Below are positions 43,511 to 52,950 of a stretch of DNA of 64,000 bases, in pieces. The DNA is taken from IMG/VR virus record IMGVR_UViG_3300020451_002055. The stretch is one strand, 5' to 3'. Position 1 is the stretch's first letter; each line of letters opens with the position of its first letter. The notes under the pieces were generated by a model. It was not told the origin of the DNA. It saw nothing but the letters and a program-made list of their open reading frames with translations, and made no database searches. Source of the DNA: a virus (taxonomy: Duplodnaviria; Heunggongvirae; Uroviricota; Caudoviricetes). The translations under genes were made by a program, and so were the position numbers.

Positions 43511-44311
43511 TTACTGCGAAAAGAACTTGGCTAGTGCCTCGTCTAGTCTATCTTCTGATGGCAGACTTCCATCTTCTGATGGTTGTTCATCAACAAGGTC
43601 CAATAGACCTTGTAGTCTTTCTCTGATCTTTTCCCTCCAATCAAGCTCAGCAGCAGTCTCATTCATCTCGATCTGCTTGTGATCATGCTTTTGCTTTTCA
43701 AGCTCAGCCATTCTGCGCTGCAAAGCATTGAAAAGACTAAGACTGCTCTCAAGCTCTCTGAACCAAGATTGTTGCTTATATTCTTCAGGATCGCAAACTC
43801 TCTTGATCTTGCAAGACTCATCGGACTGCGGCATATTGAGATTCGGTCGAGGGCGCTCTTTCATCTGCTCAAAAGCTTCCATGATCTGGCTCTCAGTAAA
43901 GTCCTTGACATGAAGCTTCTTGTCTTCGGGCACGTTGGACCTGTATACAGGAACATCCTTCGTCGCTTCCTCAAGATCGAAGCGACCGTATCGGTCCTTG
44001 AAATCTTGGGCTATGCGTCTGAAGGATGTCAGATCATCATGGACAAACATATCATCGTCGATGGTAACAAACTCGGCTACCTGTCGAGCAAAATGACCAG
44101 ATGAATATGCTGCTTCGTAGTTGAGCAAACCAACTAGATTCCGCAACGGATACTCATGACAGGATATGTCAGGACCATCCTCATCTTTGACTATCTTGTA
44201 GTTTTTGGGAAGTAACGAGTTGATAATACCTTCAACGCGCACTTTTGATTGGTTCCTGTCGTATAGGTGAACAGGAAACACCACAGCAGGACCGGCTGTT
44301 TCTTTCTTCAT
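43511..44311 (-). CDS. hypothetical protein
   Basis: AGGAG RBS before ATG 44311. Confidence 0.7.
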   Translation of the reverse strand: MKKETAGPAVVFPVHLYDRNQSKVRVEGIINSLLPKNYKIVKDEDGPDISCHEYPLRNLVGLLNYEAAYSSGHFARQVAEFVTIDDDMFVHDDLTSFRRIAQDFKDRYGRFDLEEATKDVPVYRSNVPEDKKLHVKDFTESQIMEAFEQMKERPRPNLNMPQSDESCKIKRVCDPEEYKQQSWFRELESSLSLFNALQRRMAELEKQKHDHKQIEMNETAAELDWREKIRERLQGLLDLVDEQPSEDGSLPSEDRLDEALAKFFSQ

Positions 44312-44398
44312 GATTTCTCCTCTCTTGACTCGTCCAACCAAGTAGACGACCAAAGCTATAACGTCGAATCAACTATCGACATTACCTGTTTATAGACT

Positions 44399-44725
44399 TT
44401 AGTCTTCGTCCTTCTTTTCTTTCTTAGCAGCCTTAGCTTCCTCGGCAGCCTTCTCTAAGTGAGGGACTCGTATTTTGCCAAGAGTATACTGTCTGCGAAG
44501 ATATGCCAAGTCAAATATAGCATCGCCTCCTGCAGAAGCTCCGGTTGCTCTCACGAAAGTTGAACCTGAATCTTTCTCGACTGCCTGTACGAGAAAATCT
44601 CCCAAGTAAGACTCGTTCTCAATGAAAAACTTGTCTCCTGCCTTGAAGGTTAGCTGATGGTTCGCATGCCTGTTGATCAAGTTTCCGTTCGTTAGAAAGT
44701 TCTCTGATTTGCCTTCCGTACTCAT
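44399..44725 (-). CDS. hypothetical protein
   Basis: ATGA overlap with dnaJ. Confidence 0.7.
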   Translation of the reverse strand: MSTEGKSENFLTNGNLINRHANHQLTFKAGDKFFIENESYLGDFLVQAVEKDSGSTFVRATGASAGGDAIFDLAYLRRQYTLGKIRVPHLEKAAEEAKAAKKEKKDED

Positions 44726-45810
44726 TTCTTTCTCCTTTCGATGTAAGACTTGCTCTCTTCCTCAAACTTGAAGGCTTTGGGCATTGTCTTTTTGGTTTCT
44801 TCTTGCTCTAACATTCCAACAAGAACTTTTCGGGTCTCCTCATTGAACTTAGGATTTTCGGTGATTACATGAACATACAAATCTCCATGCGATCCTGAAT
44901 CAGTTTGGAGTCCTTGGGCCGGAAGCCGTATCGGAGGCATTTGGGACGCAAACGGCTTGATTTCTATGCTTTTTGGACCTCTTGGAGTTGGAACCTCAAT
45001 AGTTCCGCCGCTAATCATGGTTGAAAGCTTCACGGGCACTTCGAGATGAAGGTCATAGTTGTTGACTTTGAACAGCTTGTGTTTCTTGATATGGAAACGA
45101 ACATTCAAATCGCCTCTCATACCATTTTTGCCAATAGACCCTTGCCCTATGACCCGAAGCATTATGCCATGAGTAACACCTGGTCGTATCTCAAGGTTTG
45201 CATCGCGCATCGCCTCAACGTGCCTGTTTCCTTTGCATTCCGGGCACTCTTCGCCAGCCTTGGCAACGCTACCGGTTCCGTGGCAATCAGGACACAGGCT
45301 TCTCATGGTGAAGCCTTGGAAAGATTGATTTATCGTACCTTGGCCGTCGCACGACTTGCAGTCCTGCGTCTTAGCCCCCTCTTTAGCTCCAGAGCCCTGG
45401 CACTTTTGACAGACATCAATACAGCTATACCTGATCCGAATGGGACGGCGGTCAATGACATCCTCTAGCTCAACGGTAGCGTTGACCGTTACGGCTTCGG
45501 GTCTTTGTTGTCGTTGCCTGTTGTGGGGTCTTCTTGCCTGATGACGGAAGAAATCGTAGAAGTCTTGCGCTGCAGAATGGCGGGCATGCGATCCGGAGGG
45601 AGCGGTCCCATAGGCATCATAATGCTTACGCTTAGACTTGTCAGAAAGCGTTTCATAGGCTTCCGCCGCTTCTTTGAACTTGGCTTCTGCATCAGAGTCA
45701 TCAGGATTCTTGTCCGGATGATATTTCATCGCAAGGCGACGATATGCCTTCTTGATTGTTTCCTCGTCTGCAGTCTTCTCTACGCCGAGAATTTTGTAAT
45801 AGTCTTTCAT
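44722..45810 (-). CDS. dnaJ: DnaJ chaperone
   Basis: DYYKILG, HPD, four CxxCxG repeats, GDL motifs. Confidence 0.95.
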   Translation of the reverse strand: MKDYYKILGVEKTADEETIKKAYRRLAMKYHPDKNPDDSDAEAKFKEAAEAYETLSDKSKRKHYDAYGTAPSGSHARHSAAQDFYDFFRHQARRPHNRQRQQRPEAVTVNATVELEDVIDRRPIRIRYSCIDVCQKCQGSGAKEGAKTQDCKSCDGQGTINQSFQGFTMRSLCPDCHGTGSVAKAGEECPECKGNRHVEAMRDANLEIRPGVTHGIMLRVIGQGSIGKNGMRGDLNVRFHIKKHKLFKVNNYDLHLEVPVKLSTMISGGTIEVPTPRGPKSIEIKPFASQMPPIRLPAQGLQTDSGSHGDLYVHVITENPKFNEETRKVLVGMLEQEETKKTMPKAFKFEEESKSYIERRKK

Positions 45811-46121
45811 CAATCTGGCTCATCTGGCGGCAAATCATCTTCGTCGAAATCTTCATTCTGCTCGAAGTAGTCGCTAAGCATTCTGAGCCGATCATCGATA
45901 TCCATGATGTCTCTTGCAAGATCCCAAACGATCTGAAGCGTCATGGCTACCTCTTTGCGCTCCTCAATGGTTAGCTTCTTCTTGTTATGGCATATGTCGT
46001 TCCAGGTATCTTTGATGAGAGTATCAAGTACCTCAATAATCTCATCGTTACGAATACCTTGGTCATCTAGAGGAATACCATCTTCTTCTGGCATTTCTGG
46101 TCTCTCTGGCCTTTCGCTCAT
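45810..46121 (-). CDS. acidic hypothetical protein
   Basis: Collinear overlapping ORF. Confidence 0.7.
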   Translation of the reverse strand: MSERPERPEMPEEDGIPLDDQGIRNDEIIEVLDTLIKDTWNDICHNKKKLTIEERKEVAMTLQIVWDLARDIMDIDDRLRMLSDYFEQNEDFDEDDLPPDEPD

Positions 46122-46384
46122 AGACGGACCCCTTTTTCGTCGCTGATTCCTTCAATAACATCCGACCCTTGGTCTGTCAGTTCTTGAAGAGCATTCAACA
46201 AGCTTGCCTTGTATGCTTCGGAAAGAGTTTCAAACTCAGAAGCAAGAGCAGCTATCTTGTCAACATTATCCTGAGAAGCTTCTTTAGCTAGTTCTTGGAT
46301 TTGACGATGCAAACTGCTCAGGCACGAAACGAGTTCCATGGAGCGATTAGAGAATCTGTTGTAGGATGCGAACTTATCAAGCAT
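46118..46384 (-). CDS. hypothetical coiled-coil protein
   Basis: Collinear overlapping ORF. Confidence 0.65.
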   Translation of the reverse strand: MLDKFASYNRFSNRSMELVSCLSSLHRQIQELAKEASQDNVDKIAALASEFETLSEAYKASLLNALQELTDQGSDVIEGISDEKGVRL

Positions 46385-47564
46385 AGTCTTCTCTCATTCG
46401 AGACATTCCTTTTAGTACCGACTGAGCCTGTTTTCGAGTAACAAGCTTACAGCCAAGCATAAGAACTGTATCGGCTATTATCAGCGATTCGTTCTCGGAT
46501 GCACCTCGAAGGAGAGACAGCCCCATGGTCAGGGCTTCTATGAACGAGTAGATTTCCCGTCTGGACCAGTTATCTACAGCAGGAGTCGATCCATAGAGAC
46601 CATCCATAGCGATAGAAGCAACCTGATGCGACCAGACAGACGATGGCTGTCCTGCATTCGGACCGGTCTTGACTAGCGTCGGCTCGTATGAGGCTGATAG
46701 CCCGATTCCATCGCCCGTTCTGGTCATCTTGCGGATAGACAGGGCGTCTTGGAGTATCTGCTCTCTTGGCTTCTTCGTGCTATAGCCCTCTCGTATGAGC
46801 ATAATGAGACGGTATCGCCAGAGAAGCGTCTGTATCATTTCCGTAGCAGACTGGTTGAGCCCTTTGTCAGTTACTTGCAGCTTAGACAGCAGCGACGTAA
46901 CCCTCTCACAATCCTTAGCGTCAAGAGCGTTCATCATGTCCCAAATGATGAAATCATCATGCTGGAACGTGATAGACTCGATGTTTTCTCTGGTTACTTC
47001 GGCTCCCTCTCCTAGGGCAAGCGACAGAGAAAACAGAGCCATCTCTATCTTGTCCGCGGAATAACCTTTAGCATTGGGTATCTTGCCGCAATATTCTGCA
47101 AGCGTATTGCATACTTCCTCATTGCCTCGGAGCTTGAGGGCTCTCATGCGCTTTGATATGTAGTAAGAAGCGTCTTTCTGAGGAACAACATCTTCGTACT
47201 CATATATCTTGGCATAGTCCTTGACTGCGTTGAAGATCGCCTTCTCTTTGGTTGACTCAACGCCATTGAAGACCAAGAAGCAATCGGTCATAGGACCATC
47301 GAGTATCTTCTTCAGACGCTCTATGTACTTCTTCTTCGCGTTGGCGTTCTTGGTCTTCGGTATCGAAGTAACAGATATCAGCCTGCCGCTATTGAAGCAG
47401 CCTCCGCTTCTGAGCTTCGACATCAAATACTCGAACTCATGCTCAGAGTTGATAACGATGTATTCGAATTCCGGAAATCGCTCGCGGATACGAGACATCA
47501 TGGCATTCCGACGATGGTATCCGCCAGAAAGCCAGGCTACATGGACCTTGCTCTCATCAGACAT
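46377..47564 (-). CDS. holA: DNA polymerase III delta subunit-like
   Basis: Size, VT.ENIE..FIIWD..NAL..KD pattern, next to dnaN and dnaX. Confidence 0.75.
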   Translation of the reverse strand: MSDESKVHVAWLSGGYHRRNAMMSRIRERFPEFEYIVINSEHEFEYLMSKLRSGGCFNSGRLISVTSIPKTKNANAKKKYIERLKKILDGPMTDCFLVFNGVESTKEKAIFNAVKDYAKIYEYEDVVPQKDASYYISKRMRALKLRGNEEVCNTLAEYCGKIPNAKGYSADKIEMALFSLSLALGEGAEVTRENIESITFQHDDFIIWDMMNALDAKDCERVTSLLSKLQVTDKGLNQSATEMIQTLLWRYRLIMLIREGYSTKKPREQILQDALSIRKMTRTGDGIGLSASYEPTLVKTGPNAGQPSSVWSHQVASIAMDGLYGSTPAVDNWSRREIYSFIEALTMGLSLLRGASENESLIIADTVLMLGCKLVTRKQAQSVLKGMSRMREDYA

Positions 47565-47602
47565 AAAAATACCGCCCGCCTTTCAGCGAGCGGATATTTG
47601 GT

Positions 47603-48880
47603 TTAGACATCTTCGCCGAGGGTAGCAACGAGCATGGAGAAACGCTCTTTGAGACCTGTTGCCTCGTTTACTCGGACGAACTCGCTAGGATCGCTAACAT
47701 CAGGAGATGCATAGAAGCGGATGACAAGGACGCCCTCATCATTGAACTCCCATTGAGCGTAGTCATCCTCTGAAGCAGACTTGAAGGCCTCCTGGACATA
47801 CATGGACTCTATGCGAAGCTTATGACCGTCTTCCATCTCGCCTTCGAGATCAGAGATTCGGGCCTTCCGTCGTGCCCGCATAGTATTGCCGTGAGCCTCG
47901 ACAATGATTTCGTTCGAAGATGGACTGATAGTGAACTGAGCGATGTGATACTGATTCGTCTGCTTGAACTCGTCATTGTTGGTCGCCATGATTCCTCGAA
48001 CGATGGAGGGCCAATCGCCGAGACGAGTAACCATGCGATACTGGTTCTTGCGATCGAGAACCTTGTTCTCATCAGGCCACTTGATTGTAGGGTCATAGTT
48101 CGGCATCGAGAGCAAAAAGTTTCGAGTTCGAATAGCAAGGTGAGCGTCAAGAGTCACCATATCGATAGTCTCATCTGCAACCTTAGTTGTCAGCTTCGTA
48201 ATAATACCCGACTGATCGCCAGGTACAAATACGTTGACATCCTCAGTCGCATTCGAAATATTGCTACCTTCGTAATCGATAATAGCGAATCGAGCCCCGG
48301 AGCCGCAAGCAAAACGCAAACGATCCTGCGATGCTCGAATGACCCAATACTTGTATTCAGGTCGGAACTCTTCAAAGCCGCGGGCGAATGCAAGACGGTT
48401 TGTTGCAATGCTAAAAATGTCCCGACGAACCTTGAAGATATTGGTTGCCGCTTCAAGCTGATCGACAACAATCTTTGGGAAACCAATGTTTTCAGAGAAC
48501 ACCGATAGCGATTGAAAAACATCCTTATCAGCCGCGTTGGAGAAACGGAGTTCCCCGCCGCTATCGCCGTCAGAAGTAAGCTCTACCTCGATGGTATCGT
48601 TGTCCGCAAAGGATGCAAGAACTTCTTTTAGCTCCTTGACTCGAACAGTGGCGACTCCGCCGTCATCCCCCTCGTAATCGAGGTTAGCATAGTCGTTATT
48701 CGAGACTTCTCCCTTTAGCTGGGCAAAGCCGTTGTCCGCAAGACAGACGATACCATCGTCTTCGGCAATTAGCGTGATACGATTGCCGCTTTCATAATCC
48801 TTGATTCCCGCCGCGGCTGCGACATTCAAGGCCGGGTCCAGAGCATCGCTCAGTCCCTTCGTCCTTACTCTGAACTTCAT
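47603..48880 (-). CDS. dnaN: DNA polymerase III beta sliding clamp
   Basis: Three-domain pattern, FA...E.RP, FAC.G.RFA, WPD. Confidence 0.8.
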   Translation of the reverse strand: MKFRVRTKGLSDALDPALNVAAAAGIKDYESGNRITLIAEDDGIVCLADNGFAQLKGEVSNNDYANLDYEGDDGGVATVRVKELKEVLASFADNDTIEVELTSDGDSGGELRFSNAADKDVFQSLSVFSENIGFPKIVVDQLEAATNIFKVRRDIFSIATNRLAFARGFEEFRPEYKYWVIRASQDRLRFACGSGARFAIIDYEGSNISNATEDVNVFVPGDQSGIITKLTTKVADETIDMVTLDAHLAIRTRNFLLSMPNYDPTIKWPDENKVLDRKNQYRMVTRLGDWPSIVRGIMATNNDEFKQTNQYHIAQFTISPSSNEIIVEAHGNTMRARRKARISDLEGEMEDGHKLRIESMYVQEAFKSASEDDYAQWEFNDEGVLVIRFYASPDVSDPSEFVRVNEATGLKERFSMLVATLGEDV

Positions 48881-48895
48881 CGGTTACTCCTTCTG

Positions 48896-49678
48896 CTATA
48901 CTTCTTCGTCAGCGTTCGTGCTTTCATACTGAACCAAGATAATCTTCGCTTTATGCTTGATTCTGCTCAAAGCATTATCGACGCCCTTGATGTTGATTTT
49001 GACTTTGACACGCTTCTCATTGATAAGGTCGGCGATTTCTTCGTATGAATAACGCTGGGCGTAGAGAAGAAACACTTCCTTCTCAAATGGAGACAAGCTC
49101 TTTAGAAGCTTTGTCATCAGGTCCATGTAGTATTCGCGGTCCTCAATCTGATCAATAATTGGCGCATCGCCTGAATCAATAATGTTGATAAGCGATAATT
49201 CTTCATCTCCTGATGACCTAGATGACTCTTGGTTTAGAGACATACTAGAGTTTAGAACTCGCTTCTTGTTCTGATAAGAAGCTTTGTATTCAGTAGAGAG
49301 ATGACGCCTAATGCATAGAATGGCAAATCTATCGAATGGAGCCCATCCTATGCCATTGCCTCGTTCGGCGTTATAGTCTTTTATTGCCTTGAATCTCAAT
49401 GCGAATAATGCTTCTTGCATAATATCATGAGAATCAAGACCTGATATATTGAATCTGTTTACTAGTTTCTGTATACGGGGCTTTAGTCTGTTTGCGATCT
49501 CTTCAAATGCCGCATCAGTCTCGTTCTTCTTCTTGGAGTTCCTGATAATCGTGATCAGTTCCTCGCATCGCTGAGCCTCAAGCTCCTCTTCAGAGAGGAC
49601 AGGCTCTTGCTTCTTCTTAGTGGTAGTCTTCTTAGATGCTTTAGACTTTGAGCCCCCAACCTTTTTGGGTTGGGGCAT
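48896..49678 (-). CDS. RNA polymerase sigma factor (SigH-like)
   Basis: DIMQEA...AIKDY, F..FA.LCIRR, LS.FEKEV, YSYEEIA, K.VDNALSRIK.K. Confidence 0.9.
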   Translation of the reverse strand: MPQPKKVGGSKSKASKKTTTKKKQEPVLSEEELEAQRCEELITIIRNSKKKNETDAAFEEIANRLKPRIQKLVNRFNISGLDSHDIMQEALFALRFKAIKDYNAERGNGIGWAPFDRFAILCIRRHLSTEYKASYQNKKRVLNSSMSLNQESSRSSGDEELSLINIIDSGDAPIIDQIEDREYYMDLMTKLLKSLSPFEKEVFLLYAQRYSYEEIADLINEKRVKVKINIKGVDNALSRIKHKAKIILVQYESTNADEEV

Positions 49679-49690
49679 AAGCTATAGTCC

Positions 49691-50824
49691 TTAAGATTGC
49701 TGAGCCACCCTCTTATGCGTTTGAGACTGAATGATTGCTCTTACAACGAATGCTTCAAACATAGTCTGAGGACTCAGATTCAAAGCAATGCCTCTACTGG
49801 CTTCTGCGATGTATTCGAACATCTCGACCAATAGCTGAGCCTTGTCATTACCAGGCAAACTATTGAGTTGGTGAACATATCGCTTTTTCTCATCGTCTGT
49901 AAGATACAGCAGTCCCTTAGTGGATGGACAGGTTTTGATGATCAACAAGTTCCTGATATGACCAACAAGGCCATCTAGAACCTCCCCGACATCGCGTCCA
50001 TCCGCTATCATTAGATCGATGATACGCATTGCGTCTCCCGCGTCGGGCTTCACAATAGCATCGACCAACTCGAAGTAATGGCTTTCGTCTACTGCAGATA
50101 GTGCCTGCTTAGCTATATCTGCAGTTATCTCCTCGCCAGAGGTAAACGTGATCAGCATTTGAAGGTTTTGCAGAGCATTCCGCAAAGAGCCCTTGGACTT
50201 TCTGGCGGCTACTTTGAGGGCTTTTTCCTCATATTTGAGGCCTTCTGCGTCTGCAACCATCTTGAGATGCTGATGGATTAGATTCCATGCGATCTTATTG
50301 AATCTGAGCGAAAGACAACGGCTATGGATAGTATCTTTGAGCTTGTCTGCATCAGTGGTGCAAAGAATGAAGATGCAGTTCTCAGGCGGTTCCTCGATCA
50401 TCTTTAGAGCAGCCTCAGCAGCGGCTCCGGTCAACCTATGAGCCTCATCGATAATCACGAACCTACGACGACATTCGATAGGGTTGTATTGAATCGATTG
50501 CTTCAGTTCTCGAATGTCATCGATACTACGAGTAGCAGCGGCATCAAGCTCTTTGACATCCGGATGCTTGCCCGTGAATATCTTCTGAACGATCTCGTTG
50601 TCGAGGTCTGGTTCCAGAGAGGCCCCATCAGGGTTATTGACAGATGCCGCAAAGATGCGAGCCGTACTCGTCTTGCCGCACCCAAACTTGCCCGCGAAAA
50701 TATAGGCATGATGGAACTTGTTGTTCTTGATCGAGTTGGTCAAGACCTGTCGAACGTGGTCCTGCCCCACAAGGTCGCCAATCTTCTTCGGTCGATATTT
50801 GAGCGCGAGTGCGTCTTTACTCAT
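49691..50824 (-). CDS. dnaX: DNA polymerase III gamma/tau clamp loader
   Basis: KYRP, HAYIFAG..GCGKTS, ELDAA, IIDEAH, EEPP, TIHSRC. Confidence 0.95.
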   Translation of the reverse strand: MSKDALALKYRPKKIGDLVGQDHVRQVLTNSIKNNKFHHAYIFAGKFGCGKTSTARIFAASVNNPDGASLEPDLDNEIVQKIFTGKHPDVKELDAAATRSIDDIRELKQSIQYNPIECRRRFVIIDEAHRLTGAAAEAALKMIEEPPENCIFILCTTDADKLKDTIHSRCLSLRFNKIAWNLIHQHLKMVADAEGLKYEEKALKVAARKSKGSLRNALQNLQMLITFTSGEEITADIAKQALSAVDESHYFELVDAIVKPDAGDAMRIIDLMIADGRDVGEVLDGLVGHIRNLLIIKTCPSTKGLLYLTDDEKKRYVHQLNSLPGNDKAQLLVEMFEYIAEASRGIALNLSPQTMFEAFVVRAIIQSQTHKRVAQQS

Positions 50825-51539
50825 CAGGTGTCCTTATTGCTAGTTCAACAGATTCTCGCAACGAAGCGATGCGAGCGTCTGCATCCGTATAATCGGCAAG
50901 GTAGTCCTCGATTAGCGGAGTCAACCACTCAAGAGCGAGTTCCAAACATTCTCGCTTTGTTGCATCAGCAGGAACAACAAGAACCTGATTGCCAAATCTA
51001 CTCCAATCGCAGTAGTCAAGGGCGACTTCGCTCGAATGAGCATCGCCTTGAGATACATCTCTCATGAGACGTATGATGTACCCATTGCGATTGATCCAAG
51101 GATCAAGTTCAGAAGGGAAACGCATGTCAGGCAGTAAGGCAAAATCAACATCGGCTGCCCGAATAGCCCTAAAACATGCATTGACCCATATCTTGTCATC
51201 GAAGAAGTTACGCATGATGTCCGTTCCGAACACCTGCATTATTTCCCTACCCGACATCGGGCCACTTCTTGCCTCGTTAGAACCAGGCTTTGCATTAGCT
51301 CGACGAATCTCATACGGGAGGCTATCCCATACATAGTCCGTCAGCGCATTTTTCTCTTTGTCTGAGCCCCAAACGCTGCTGCGATCGAGACCCATACCTT
51401 CAACAAGAAACTTTTTGAGTTGATCAGCGAATGTAAAGTATTCAACCTGACCAGCGGCTTGAAATATAGGATTGAGATAGCTAACTAGAGTGTCTTTGCC
51501 GCTCTGTTTCTTGCCGGAAACAGCAAGCATGAACGACAT
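50817..51539 (-). CDS. deoxynucleoside monophosphate kinase
   Basis: SGKKQSGKDT, FAD.LK, RE.MQ.FGTD..R, D.RFPSE, H.SE. Confidence 0.9.
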   Translation of the reverse strand: MSFMLAVSGKKQSGKDTLVSYLNPIFQAAGQVEYFTFADQLKKFLVEGMGLDRSSVWGSDKEKNALTDYVWDSLPYEIRRANAKPGSNEARSGPMSGREIMQVFGTDIMRNFFDDKIWVNACFRAIRAADVDFALLPDMRFPSELDPWINRNGYIIRLMRDVSQGDAHSSEVALDYCDWSRFGNQVLVVPADATKRECLELALEWLTPLIEDYLADYTDADARIASLRESVELAIRTPDE

Positions 51540-51977
51540 TTATACCACCCTGATGAAGAACTCGGTCTTTCCCTCAAGCAACTCGTGCCCGAGCTTGTTT
51601 ACGATCTCATTCTTGACAGTAGACAAGTAATGAGGGTTGTTCTTGTCCTCATTTACTCCGAGGAGGATACGAACCTCATCATCCTCGCCTACGACCTCCA
51701 TCGAGTAAGCTTCGCCGTTGCGAACAAGCTTCCTCGGGCGACCATCGGTCGTATTGCCGGAATACAGAGACGCATCCGTTACGTTTCCATCATCGTCGAG
51801 GAACTCGACTCCGTAGGCTTCGATGGTTCGGAACTTGTCGTCCGTGGTCAAAGCGTTGGCAAAGTTGAGGTCGCTTACTTGGCTTCGCAAGAACTTCCTT
51901 GCTTCTTCCACACTAGTGAACGTACTCAAAATGGCGGTCTGCCCGTATTCATCCGTTGATAGAACCTGATATCTCAT
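51540..51977 (-). CDS. hypothetical protein
   Basis: GAAGGAG RBS. Confidence 0.75.
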   Translation of the reverse strand: MRYQVLSTDEYGQTAILSTFTSVEEARKFLRSQVSDLNFANALTTDDKFRTIEAYGVEFLDDDGNVTDASLYSGNTTDGRPRKLVRNGEAYSMEVVGEDDEVRILLGVNEDKNNPHYLSTVKNEIVNKLGHELLEGKTEFFIRVV

Positions 51978-52004
51978 CTCTTGCTCCTTCTAGGTAAGGG
52001 ATTC

Positions 52005-52442
52005 TTAGCGAACCCAGTTTACATCGTCGTTTAGAATGTCCGGAATATCCGGGTTGTCCATAAAGTCTACACCCAATGTTCGGATCATGACGGCATACTC
52101 CTTCAAGTCCTTCGGGTTTACTTTGCCCTTGCCTTCGGTCGAGATGGCGTTTAGGGCATCCGCGACTAGGACAGCCTTATGCTTGGTATCAAGCGCTTCA
52201 TAGCTGTTTTGGAAGACATTGATGGTGTAATCCTTGTTGCAAAGGATGCTGACCGGCGGCTTGATCGAAACGACTTCCCAAATCGGCTTTGAGGCATCCT
52301 TACGATCTTTATTCGTTACTGCAAACGCAGCAATCCGATTCAACTCAATACCGCCGAAAACCTCGGGATAACGATCAACCAACTGATCGGCGATATGCAG
52401 AAACTCTGGCAACTCTTCGTAGTTTGGTGCAACCTGCGGCAT
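52005..52442 (-). CDS. putative phage metallopeptidase-like protein (HExxH absent)
   Basis: Y.I.V....L...K.VL.A..L..I...D..EY pattern, by eye. Confidence 0.55.
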   Translation of the reverse strand: MPQVAPNYEELPEFLHIADQLVDRYPEVFGGIELNRIAAFAVTNKDRKDASKPIWEVVSIKPPVSILCNKDYTINVFQNSYEALDTKHKAVLVADALNAISTEGKGKVNPKDLKEYAVMIRTLGVDFMDNPDIPDILNDDVNWVR

Positions 52443-52679
52443 TTACAACTCCTGTTCTGATCTTCTTTGATCCGTCAGAGACATAAACTCAAACGGAATG
52501 ATGGAATCTTCTACTGCGTCGAATGGTATATCGAACTTATAGACGCTATCGGCTTCTACATCAGCAACTTCAACCGTAACACAATCATCTGATCGAGAGA
52601 CCTTGATAACCGCATCATGGTTCTCGCTAAAAAAACGTCCTGCCCGAAAACCCCTGATTTCATTCTTCTGCGTCATCAA
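52443..52679 (-). CDS. hypothetical protein
   Basis: Collinear ORF. Confidence 0.6.
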   Translation of the reverse strand: MMTQKNEIRGFRAGRFFSENHDAVIKVSRSDDCVTVEVADVEADSVYKFDIPFDAVEDSIIPFEFMSLTDQRRSEQEL

Positions 52680-52950
52680 ACAATCTCCGTTGACCTATCA
52701 GCAAATCAAAAAACTCATCTGTATCAAACTCTGCAAGCTCATCGAAAGAAACCTCTTCATTCAGGATGCGATCGATCTGATTCTGAATGTCATCCTGAGT
52801 TAGAGAGGACATAAGAGCGAACGTAAGCTTCTCTGTGCAGAGAGACAAAAAACGCTTGAGTACCTGCTCTTCTCGCTCGTCCTTCGGATGCCAATGACGC
52901 TTGCGCTTATCAAGGGCTGGATTCAATTCATTTGGACTTTTTTGAGCCAC
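52660..52950 (-). CDS. hypothetical protein
   Basis: Collinear ORF. Confidence 0.6.
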   Translation of the reverse strand: MAQKSPNELNPALDKRKRHWHPKDEREEQVLKRFLSLCTEKLTFALMSSLTQDDIQNQIDRILNEEVSFDELAEFDTDEFFDLLIGQRRLFDDAEE